Assembly (NCBI GenBank): GCA_905178155.1 | Contig: CAJINV010000001.1 | Coordinates: 8,153,599-8,217,598 of the forward strand | DNA: 64,000 nt | DNA from: Amoebophrya sp. A120 | Taxonomy: Eukaryota > Protista > Dinoflagellata | Reading direction: 5' to 3' | Part shown: one piece after another, positions 9,843 through 21,000 of the stretch | Numbering within the stretch: the first letter of the stretch is position 1 | Layout of the letters: each line of letters starts with the position of its first letter | Made by a program: the position numbers and the translations under genes | Notes under the pieces: model-generated | Told to the model about the DNA's origin: nothing | The model's database searches: none | What the model saw: only the letters and a program-made list of their open reading frames with translations

Positions 9843-12476
9843 TTACTTGCGCCGGCTCCAAGACGAATGCTTCGTCAGCTTTTCGCTGCCAAGGAGGTTG
9901 CGATCTGCGTTGCGCTGATCAGCGGGTACACGGTTACTCCGCCTGCGGCGCGACTGATGTCGCCTTCTGGAGCTACAGCTACTCGAACTTGACCACGATG
10001 TACTGGGTTCCTTGGCCCGCGCCTTCGCCCGAGAGTCTCGACGATGGTTGCGCCGTCGGCCATATTGCCGTCTGGAACGCCGACTAGAGGAAGAAGCCGA
10101 TCGTCTTCGGGATCGCGCATCTCGAGAGCGCTCGCGCTCTTTACCGTCTCTCCTGGAACTTCGTGGCACGGCAGACGCTCCGGCGAGTCTGCTGTTTGGT
10201 CGATGGATTTCGGATTCTGGCTCGGACGTTCCCTCCGCGGGCCGCTTTGCCGCGTTATTGCAACTCCACGACGTTGTAGGCGTAGTATTGTCCCAAGAAG
10301 CGCCGCGAGTTCTCTTCCGGGGAGGCTTGGCGGCCATTTCGTCCCACGACCACGACCGCGGAGTGCCGGCGCTAGACTCTGACCGCTTTCCGTTTCTCCA
10401 GGGAGTGGCGCCATGCCCCTGCGGCTTTGTTTCATCCCCATACTGCTTGCCAGATTGAAACTGTTTCAAGAAGTTCTGGATATCTGCGTCGTGGCAACTT
10501 TGGCAAACATACTTGATTTCCACTTGCAGGGGCGCAGAGGCCTTATTCCCTGCGAGCACTTCTTGATCCGTTTCTTGTTCTCCATATAGAAGGCTGCAGT
10601 AGGGACCGGGCTCGTTTGCGCTGCTTGTGTCCGGAGTTTTATTTCGGGGGGAGCCTTCCTTTCCACTGCGTCCGTTCTCAGGATCTTCTTCTTCGGCTTT
10701 CTCCTGCTCTTCGAGATCGAGTAGGTCAAGATCTGACGGCGAAGCGATAACGGACTGAATAACGCTTTCCTCAAAATCACAGCTCTCTGGCTCGTCTCAT
10801 TATCCTGGGTTAACACGTGCCCTCCATCCCAGGAGTCTACATCTACAGCGCACTTTGCCTCCTTCTGTGCACCGTGGCTGCCATCACAACTCACTTTTTC
10901 GCCCCAAGTTATCATGCGAATCTGCAAACCTACACATACACTGTGAGTATTTCATGCGCATCCTCGTGAGGAGCGTTTTCCAATGGCAACATCAATACCT
11001 AGTGGGGGCTCATCAGGACAAGCTGACTAATCTGCAATGCGGTTATACCAACTGTAACTCTAGATAGTTTCACGGCGAACCCAAAGAAACTTGTGTTGTC
11101 ATGCAAATGCAAGTAGCAAAGTGAAAGATCTACAGCAATCTTGTTCTTGACTTGGGGGTGGGGACGCTTTTATTGTACGATACTCCTCCGGCTCCGGCAG
11201 AGTTCTCCTTCTCGTGAGCCTCTGTGTCGGCGAGTCCTTTCTCATTGTCGGCGGCGCCAACGACGTCCATTGAAGCAGCCTTGCCATTGTCTGGCGTGTC
11301 CTGATCTACTCCATGTTGACTACCATTCCCGCACACCGCCTCCCTCGCCCGCCGTTTCTGCTCCATCTGGTGGAACTCGTAGCGCAACCGCGCGCCCTTC
11401 GCCTTTTTGACAGAGATGTCGAACCGCTCCAGATTCCTCTCCAGCAAAGCCTGATCAGGTGTCTCCTCCCCCGGGAAGAGAACGTCGAAGCTCGCGATGG
11501 CCGCGATGTGGCGGCGGACACACTCGAGGACAGTCTCCGGTCTTTTCACCATGCAACCCGTTGCTTCGCAGAAAAATCTCGGCACTAACTTTCTAGTGGC
11601 GTCACATGGTCGGTGTGCAAATCGGTCTTCAGCCGTCGCGGCCAAATGGCCGTCGGAGGTGGTCGGTGTAGTGCTCGAAACAGCGACGGCCGGGTTGGCG
11701 GTCCACTTCAATACTTCGATTTCTGCTAACTCCTCACCGGTCGCTTTCTTCAGGAGTCCGACCCATGCTGCGAGCACATCTGCGACTTCTTGCGGGCTCT
11801 CCGTCGAGAGAGCTGTTGGCACATGCAGGAAAACTGCTGCCACCGCGGCCCCATCAGTTCCGGCATCTTTCTCGTCCGCAACCGCATGCCGCTCGGGGAT
11901 AACGCGCCAACTTCGCGAAAACTCAATCTCCAGCAGGTCCACCGCATCCGGTGTCTCGTCAGAGAACCTCTTTGCCGCCAATTTGATCACCTTGGCTCGG
12001 CAATCCGTCAAGGCAACTACTTCGCTAGCCGCGGCAGTCTCGAACCCGGTCAGTTTGTGAAAATAGACCAGCGGCGGAGCGAACTGCCGGTCTTGCTGCG
12101 CGTCTGCAACACGAATCGCACACGACATTTTGCAATCCCATTCGCAGTCTGCCTCCTCCTGCTGCTGCTCGAGGGTTGTTGGCAAGCCCGCGCGGCGCCG
12201 CGCCTCATAGATCTTCCATGCCAGGAGGGTCGTGGCCTCGAGGACCTCGCCTGGCGAATAGCAGGGAAGTGCGCCATCGGCGAAATTCTGCGGCATATCC
12301 AGCCATTCGTTCCGCAGGTCATCCCGAACCCGCGCGCGGGCCGGGGCTTCGTCGGTCAAAATTGCACTCTCGTTGGGTGCGTAGAGGGAAAAGCCCGGAG
12401 GCAGCTGGTCCTTTGCAGTGCCCTCCTTGAGTGAGGTCAGCAGGGTAGCGCGCTTCTCCTCTATGGAAGAGTCCAT
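9843..12476 (-). CDS. Unknown protein: four degenerate WW-like repeats, acidic linker, CxxC, R/S-rich C-terminus (2 exons: 12476-11184 and ~10796-9843)
   Basis: ORF 11130-12494 and the frame of ORF 9843-10559 (open up to 10796) are joined by removing element 10801-11182; the N-terminus aligns with the N-terminus of the helicase starting at 24558. Confidence 0.7.
10801..11182. mobile_element. Degenerate introner, family D-like
   Basis: Ends TATCCTGGGTTAACACGTGCCC / TATCGTACAATAAAAGCGTCCCCACCCCCAAGTCAAG resemble family D ends; TSD ctcat (10796-10800) vs ctcct (11183-11187), one mismatch. Confidence 0.65.
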
Positions 12477-13908
12477 CTTGCAGGTGGGCGACAAGCAGGC
12501 CAGGCTCAGGACGCGACCGCAAGCCCAGACAATTACGAATAGGAAAATGGGATACAGACGAGTAAAATGCTTTTTCCGTTACTGCATTGAAAATGGGCAG
12601 AATCGACTGTCTCACTCTATTGCCGTCATCATAGCGACACACTGGTTGATATATCTTGCTTTACTGTATTACGTAGCCGCGTCGTACATGCCTACTTCTA
12701 TAATTTCTAGTAGAAAACGAAAAACAGATATGGTGAATATCTTCAATATCTCAACCCAAATACGACCTACCTGCCGAGCGCGATACATATGTGAAATTTC
12801 GAGACTTCTACTTACCATTTTCCTTGCTTTGTTACCGATGGATGCCTTCTCCTGTCTGGCGTGATGCCTGTGTGACCATCTGGATCTGCAGAAGCAAGTT
12901 CCATGCTCTACTAGTGAAAAGAAAACACAAAGGCAAGAGATAAAAAGTCAGCCGCTCCTTGCATGTACTTAAGTATGTTCAGACAACGTCACCGTCCTAC
13001 CTTGTCCCTTACGATTATCCGGAAGATCTTTCACACTAGATCTTGAGGTATGGGCTGTCAACCGAAGACCACGATCGCCCTGAAGGTGAAGCTGCAGGTG
13101 CAGGTCACGGATCTGCATGCGCATGAGCAGAATGAAGATACACGCACGACGTTAGGAAGATCTCTTGGAACTCTTCGTCAATAGGTGGATCGCTGAAACT
13201 CCGCGTGGTGACAACATAGCGACCTACTAGACCACAAGATCTCTGATATTTATGTACAAGATCAGACACGTGAACGTCATCGTCAGCGGAGCCTTTTTTA
13301 TTGCCTCAAAACAGCAGACATAGCTGCACCACATTGAAACTCATATCGATTCGCCGGGACGAGCAACAAGGTCCTCTTGACTAAACAATCATGCTGCAGC
13401 CATCATCTATTACCGGTAAGCTGCAGCTGCGCACGGCAGAGATGAAATAAAACTAGACAGTAGAGTGCCGCGAAAGAAAATAGATTCACATGAGCGCGCG
13501 CGTGATGTTTTCAGTTCAGGCTTTGGACCCGGAGCAAAGAATGCTTTGTCTGTGCGATGAGAATAAGCCAGCCGATCTTCGAAAATAGCAACCGCTTTGG
13601 CGTTTCTACTTCCGATGCAAATGGAGATGGATAAAGCTTAGCAACGCTCAAGATTTTCACTCAAGTACCTACGGAAATTGATTATGATACGAATGGGAGA
13701 CGGAGCGCAAGAAGGGGACTCGCGTTTTGTTCAAGTTTCAAAGTAGCCGAGTATTAAGCTAAAGCGAGTAAACGTGACGACTTTATTGCTCAAAGATTCC
13801 AGTGTGCAATTGGCGACGGACTGCGGAAAACACTTATACATAAACGGACAAATCATAGACGAATGAACAATACTACAGTGCGCGCAACTCAGGAGTGGCG
13901 AATCATTC

Positions 13909-16900
13909 TCAACCACTTTGCCACGTTGAAGGCCACGAGCCGCTGTTTTTCCACGTACTACCCCCGCTTCCAGACCACGCAGCGTCTTTATCGCCTCCGG
14001 ACTGCTGATATCTATTTGAAGGAGCCGCTGACGATGAGCTCTCTGGTAAGATGTGTGTATTCTGCATCAGAGAAGTAGAAGACGATGATGAAGAGGTCGG
14101 CGTGGGTAAGTGCTGCGGGACTTCTGCAGAGATCGCCCCTGGAGCGTCGACGCTGCATTGGGTATCGATTTCCATGGCCGTGCTGCTGGACCCCGCTGGT
14201 CTTGCGCGCTTATTGGAAGTGGGGTTGTCAATGTCACCGAGTAAGCAGGAGGAGCGCGGCGCCGCACTTGAGGTTGAGCTGCCTTCGTATCGACGTTCCC
14301 CTGAGTTGACGTTCCTTCGGCTCCTGCTAGTAGAGTCTTCTTTTGCAGCCCTCTTCTCGAAGTCGGCGCGGCACCGGTTGACAGCTTCAGGGATTGCTGG
14401 ATGGATAGCTGCATCGCTACTGTCGACGCGCGTAATCAACTGCTCAAGCGTGCAGAGCTGGTGCTTGTTCACCCGTATCTGTCCCGAGGACATGCACACC
14501 GGGACCAGGGTGATAGCCTCACCTTCAAACTTTCGGCCCGTGCGACCCGAGCGGTTGTCGTAATCATCGATGGACAGTGGCACGTCAAAATGAATGACGA
14601 CTCTCAGTTTTGGCAAGTGCAGCCCATAGGCACAGACGTTGGAAGCGATTGTGAGCGTGCGGGCTTCTGTCCTGACGGTGTTCACCTTTTTTCTGCGCTT
14701 TGCTGTGCTTTCACCGTCGCCGCCGCCACTATATTTTTCAATCGAGAAGAAAGCGTCCTTGATCTCTTTGGATTTCTTCAGTTCATCGAAAACGGCCTCC
14801 ATGGTGTCCTTCTTGTTCACACAAACGAGAACACTGGCGCCTCCGGCCGGAACGGGAAGCCTGTGGGTTTATGAAGTTGAGGTTTGAAATTTTCTTTGAA
14901 AATGCAGAAGGTGAAAACGTGCACACTTTGGGGGTGAAGATCATGAAACTTGTTTCCCACTTTCTCTTGCGACCGAGAGACCTGTCACAGTTGAAGTGGT
15001 GACGTGCATCGCTCATATCGGATAGGTAATTAGCAGTCAGCTTCCCGGCTTTTCAAAAAAACATAGCGGAGCACTTAGCGTGGAAAAGATAAGCATTGGC
15101 ATAAGGCCCTAGAAGAAACATAATCCAACTCGCGCATCGGGCAGGCGGATAAGAGATGAACAACTTCTAAAGTGAACCACTGCCGCATTGCCGAGAAAAA
15201 TAGCACGAGGACGAAGATGCATGCATAGCACAATCAGGACGGGCAAGTATAAGTAATGCTTGCCTGGCCCCACTCTCCAAATATATAGCGCGCGCCAAAT
15301 CATACCTGGGGGACAGAAATTGGAGCAGTTCTCTCCTTAGCGCTGCCAATTTTGCCTCCTGGCACCGTTTCCAGAGTTCGTCAGGTGGCGCGCTGTCGTC
15401 GGGCTGGATAAACGTTGCTGGCTTGATCGCGTCCTTCACGCGATGATTTACAGCGGGCTGGTCGGCGATTGGGCCAGCGTGAACCAGCACCGTTTTCGAA
15501 AGCTCGAACTCGTTGCAGCACTCGTCGACAAACTTCCTCGTGAGATTGCTGCCAGTGCAGTACAGCGCTGGCGCACGCGGAGCGCTTTTTGTGGCGTTCT
15601 CGTAGAGCCACCGGGCGGCTCGCACTTGTTTCTGCTCCGACTCCCGCCCGGCGGTCTGCTCGAAGAGACCCTTCATGTCATCGCAGACGAGACACTGGAG
15701 TTTGTGAAGACTTAGCACACCTGGAGCAATTGGTTGGGCATAAATATCCTGAGCGCTGCAATAGCGCGACTTACTGTTGCTACGCTCAAGCGCATCAATG
15801 ATTTTCCTCAATCCAACCGCACAAAATACGATGGGCAAATGGCAAAAACAACGACCGACACACTCGAAAAGTAAAATAAACGCTAACCCTGAGGGCTAGT
15901 CCTAAAAAATCTAGCGTGCTAAGCATGGTCGCGCAGGGCGCTCTTACCGGCTTCGATGAGACCGAAGGCTCGGCCTGTTGTTGCAATGAGCAAATCGGCG
16001 CCCCTTGCGAGACTTGCAAGCTCCGGGGTCTTCGTTTCCGCCCCGTCTCTCCCGTGCCCACCCACCGCTCGTGCCGTTAGAATTCCGGTTTTCGCGAAGA
16101 ACATTCTGGCGGCGAGGTAGTTCTGTTCGACCGCGTCACGTGTGGGCGCGAGCATGAGGACGCTGGGGGCAATGCGCTTGTCACCGTAACGCCCCAAGAT
16201 ATAGTTCTTGTATGCCCCCAGTGGCCGCAATGCCTGCCTTCCGTCTTTGGCTTCGGCATCATTGTACGTGGTGCAACAAAACGCCGCGGCGATGGGAAGA
16301 ATGGCCAGCGTTTTGCCAGATGCCTTCGGGGCACTCAAGCAGATTGCATGCGGTGGCGGTGTTCTCCCCATGTTCTTCACCTCCTCAAAGAATGCGGTCT
16401 GGCTTGCAAGAAAGTTTTCGATTTCTATATTTCCGATATTGTGCAACAGAGTATCGGCAATCTGTAACCGTTCTGCTGCGAAGAGTGCCGTCTTCAAGCC
16501 GGCCATTGCGTGCGTGACTGGAACGGCCTCGGGCTTTCTACTTTTCCCAGTAGTTTCATGCTCGTCGCACTCCCAAGCGTCCTGCTCTCTTGTCTTTCGG
16601 TACACCAACCTGAGTGGCCGTTGTGGAGTTAAAGTCTGAGTTTGATCTCATACAGATGGATGTAAAGCGAACTGAGGGTGGTTCGTGCACTTATGAGAAA
16701 GGAAACTTCTCCAAGAAGGAAAGCCATGCTGAAAGGCCATAGTCATCGAGAGGCTAGCCGTAGGTTGGCGAGCCGACAGCCTCGTGCACGCCGGGCCGAA
16801 GCCTCGTTTGGCGAGCAATTCCAAAAAAAACTACGCAGTGGTAGAGAAAAATTTGAGGGAGCTGGTACACAGGTAGCTTGGCTATCTCCTTTGGGACGGG

Positions 16901-17038
16901 TTTGTAGTCTTCCACATTGAAAAAACGCCCCTCGTCGGCAGCAACCTCGGCGTCGGTAATTTCCGATGTTTTGTTTTGCCGTATGAGCAAGTCCTGGGCG
17001 GCAACGAACTCTTTGTACAGTTTGTCTGATTGTACCAT
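13909..17038 (-). CDS. Degenerate DEAD-box (SF2) RNA helicase-like protein, about 4 exons
   Basis: Motifs in order: APKASGKT (I), LAPTRD (Ia), GG, LLIATTGR (Ib), LVCDDMK (II), CTGS (III), VLVCVN (IV), ASNVCAYGLHLP (V), NRSGRTGR (VI); GT-AG introns at about 15722-15947 and 14862-15305 restore frame; donor of the first intron uncertain. Confidence 0.85.
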
Positions 17039-18091
17039 GCTGGCTTAAGCTTATCTCTTTAAACTTTAGGATTAAGAAACGAAAGCGACAAAAATGAAAA
17101 AATGATCGAAATCGTACTGGGCTTGAAATTAGCGCACTAGAATTCACAGCAAAGTGCTTGAAATTGATCGTGTATAGCTGTAACAACTCAAGAAGAAGTG
17201 TGAATCTCAGTCAGTGTCAGTGTGGGCGTTGTTACAAAATCAGACTGCGCTCCTTGTTTTCTGACTACAGTGGGCATCCTTGCATGTTCATCGCATTTTT
17301 GCGCCAGAACATAAAACCAAATGCACCACAGGTCCTTGTACAAACGTTAACGTTGATGAAGGACTTATGCTCTAGGCAACTACAAGTAGTGAACTACGAT
17401 CTACATGATTCACGTGAAATATGATCCATGCTGGCCTGCGTCGCCATCTTGCGAGCTACTCACTGATCATGCTAACCACGGAAAGTAAGACAACCATGCG
17501 AAGCAACAGAGCGGCAGACTGTTCGTCAACTGGTGAACTCAACACCAATTCCTACACTTGCGTGCGTGTGATGTATGAGCGAGATCGACAGGACATGGAT
17601 AAATATGGCTTGGGCGCGATGGTATCGGACTAATTGTTGATCCCTCATCGAAGAAAAGTGCGCCACTCGATGAAGTATTTGCAACACAGTGAGGAAGATT
17701 ACCACGAGCAGTTAAGGTTTGCTCGGGCCCGCGTAAGCGACCCACATCGACATCGGCGCCATGCTTTTTTCTTTTTTGGCCTTTCAACATGTCGGTGCAT
17801 GTCTTCTGCTCAATAAAGGAATAGGTTGGCGCACTGCGCGGCTGTGTTCAGACATCGCAACACTCTGCGTCACTGCCTAGACTAGTTTTCTTCAGTTCAA
17901 GACTGCAAGCTTTGCTGCGCGTTTTTGTTTTTCTTGTTTTCTTTATTAATCAAACGTAGAATAGGAAATTGATACTACCGAGGCGACTTTCGTAACGCAT
18001 AAAAGTAAAACGCTATCTATGTACAGTTTGGAACAGGAATACTAACAGGAAAGTTGGCGCTGTTTTGGCGCTTCGATGAGCGCACGAATTT

Positions 18092-21000
18092 TTAAATTTC
18101 ATCGTCGTCCCGTGCGGCTTTTGCCTTTGCAATTGCCTGGCGAAGTTCGCGCGCGTTCATGATGTCGGTGTCCTCGCATAGTGTCAGCCGGTGGCCGCTG
18201 CGGACATGCAGCACATTGATTTTGTTCGTGCCGGCCTTTCCTTGCCACTCGACAGTGTCATACTGCTGCACCGTGACGGGCTGCCTCGGTAGATCTCGCT
18301 TCACCAAGCGCAGCATGAAATTCTTTTCCGACTCCCGCGCGAACTTCGCAAGAACGTCAGATACCGACATCTCACCAGCATCGCCAGTCACTACGTCAAG
18401 CTTCAAGGCTTTCGCGGAGAGAAAAGTGCCAGCGTCCCGGTTCGGCTTGCGTTCCATCTTCCTCGTGAGGCCATCAGCTGTCCGTGGAGGAGAAGCCGGC
18501 GCGGAACTGGTATCATTGTACACCTGCGGCCGTGGCAGCGGCTGCTGATGCGGCTTCAGGCGGCAAACTCCAGCAGAGCCAACCTCCCAGCCACGAACTT
18601 GCACGACGTCGTGGAAACGTGGGCCATGTTGCTGGAGCGTGTCAATGCTGTCGTTGCTAATCACGTGAATTTCAGCGTGGTGCCCGCTCGTTTCAGCCCC
18701 ACAAACTAAGTTAGCTGCCCTGGTCAATTCGCTACTTTCGCTCGTCCACTGCACGGATGGCGGAACCTGACAGACACAGAGGTTGAAGATTGAGAACAGA
18801 GCGAAAGAGTAGTGCATCCATAATTTTATAGATTGATAAATTACATAAGCGTATACCTTGTTCAACGTCATCTTCATTCGAGGATGAAAAGCACAAAGAA
18901 ACAAACAAACGATCAAAAAACTAGCCTGGTGTTAATTGTTTTAGTACATGCGGCACTCCTTCTCTATCCGCCGATATCCGCAAGAGGAAGAGCTCCCGCC
19001 ACTCTTCATTTCTTTGAAGCTTACTGGGGAGCCATACTTCCACGCGATGGAATTTACGATCTTCAGCGGCATCTGCCTGGAGTGCAGATAGCACAAGCCC
19101 CATGTTTCTCACGCACAAACTTTGATGCGCGACGCCTTGCGCTTCGGAGCTTGGGCAACAACTTTGAAGCACACTGGATCCGTCAACCATGTAAATCCGA
19201 TGAACCTGGGGCAGCATCGGGCGGCAAGTTCTGCTCGTTATCTCTGTTGATCTTGATCGGGACTGCGTCTCTGTTGATACGGACTGCCGGCTGCTGTCCA
19301 GATGTCTACGCAGGTCCGCGGCCTTCCATACAGCGCTATATTTTTCGTGCTCTGCTATCCAATGCCTCCAAACCTCCGCTCCCTTCCCCTCCGTGGGCCG
19401 GATTGTTCGTGCCGAGTCTTCGACAACCGCGCGGCTGACGAAGCCGACCAGGCCGCGCACTGCCCTGGTCGCAGCAACGTTGAATCGGGAATGCTCATCA
19501 ACGAATCCAAGGCGGAGCTCTGTCCGCACCGTGTCCAGCAGAATCAAATCTCTCTGCTGCCCCTGGAACTCGTCCACCGTTCCGATGAAAACGTCCACAG
19601 CAGACGACTGCAGATCGTTGTAATTGCGGTTGCCGCCCTCGCCCTCGAACAAGCGGCGCAGTTTCTGCTCCTGTGCCCGGTACATCGTGATGATGCCGAT
19701 CCGTAAAGTTTCGCGCTTGCGCTCCCCAGACACATCAGACGCAACGTGCGCACGCGCGAACAGATCGGCCGTATCGAGAACCAGGCGAGCCAGCTTGGGA
19801 TTACAGGTAGACCCCTCGCCGTCTTTTTCCTCCGGGTAATCCTCTTTCCCCACGTCGATCACAGCCACGCGGTGGAAGTCGGCCGGTGACTCGGACTCGC
19901 TTTCGTACCTCACCCAGGGAAGCCCGGGAACTTTCGGCAGCTGCGGTGCGCCATCCGCGATGACTTGATCGTAAAAGCGCGTCAAAGGCACGCGAGCAAT
20001 ACTCGGATGCATGCGGTACTGGATGTTGAGCTGGATTAATGGGAAGTGGTGATCTCTAAGCCGCTCAAACAGCGTTTTCGCGAGCCCTCTTTCTCGTGCG
20101 GACTCCGCTTTCACGACCGGGCTGTTCTGCTTTGGGTCTCCGCTGAGCACTAATCTGGATATCTGTGGGTGGGCATTCATCAGGGCATTGGTATCAACTT
20201 CACTTGCTTGCGCTGCTTCGTCTACCAGTGCGGCGGTAAAGTCATTGCCGAAACTGGAAAGCTGCTCGACGCGCGCTAATGTCGTAAGCACCGGAACGCG
20301 GAGACTGATGAGGAAGGCAAGCACGCCCTTAGCTTTCCCGCGAAACAAATCGCTGCCCGGCTTGATCAGCTCGAAAAGTTGCTTCCCTCGCGCCTGACGA
20401 TCAGGCGCCTTTTCGAGGCGCCTACATAATTGCTCATATTCATGGAGGGTCGCTGCCATGTCAAAGTCCTCCTGTAGGTTCTGTCTGGGGTTGCTCGTTT
20501 GCTTTGCATGTTCTGCCTCTATCTGGCTGCGCTGTGCAACCAGGCATTTTATCGCGGTCAGCTGATCTTCTGGATTGCGAGACCCGCGAAAGTGTATGTG
20601 TAGACGTCTCTGGTGCGTTAGCCGCTCACTGATCTCTTCCACTGCCTTTTTGCTGTGTGCAGTTACCAGCGTCCGTAGCCCCGCTACCGCAAAGCGATGG
20701 ATAATTTCGCAGGCTGCGGTTGTTTTACCGGTTCCAGGCGGGCCGAGAATCAAAGTAATCTTGGATCTGCACGCGGTCGCAACTGCGTCGTGCTGGCTTC
20801 CCGGAAGCAAGCACACGCCTCCAGTTCCACACGTTGGCGGATGCTTGACGGCTTCGCTCGGTTTTTTCATCTCGAATACATTGCTGATCTGCAGTTTCCC
20901 CTCTCCGTTGTCTTTGAGGGAAAGCGCGCCAGTTATGAACATGTGCAACGGATGAAAGTTCGTCTCCGAGACCCTATTGGCATGCTGCTGTGCCGGTCTG

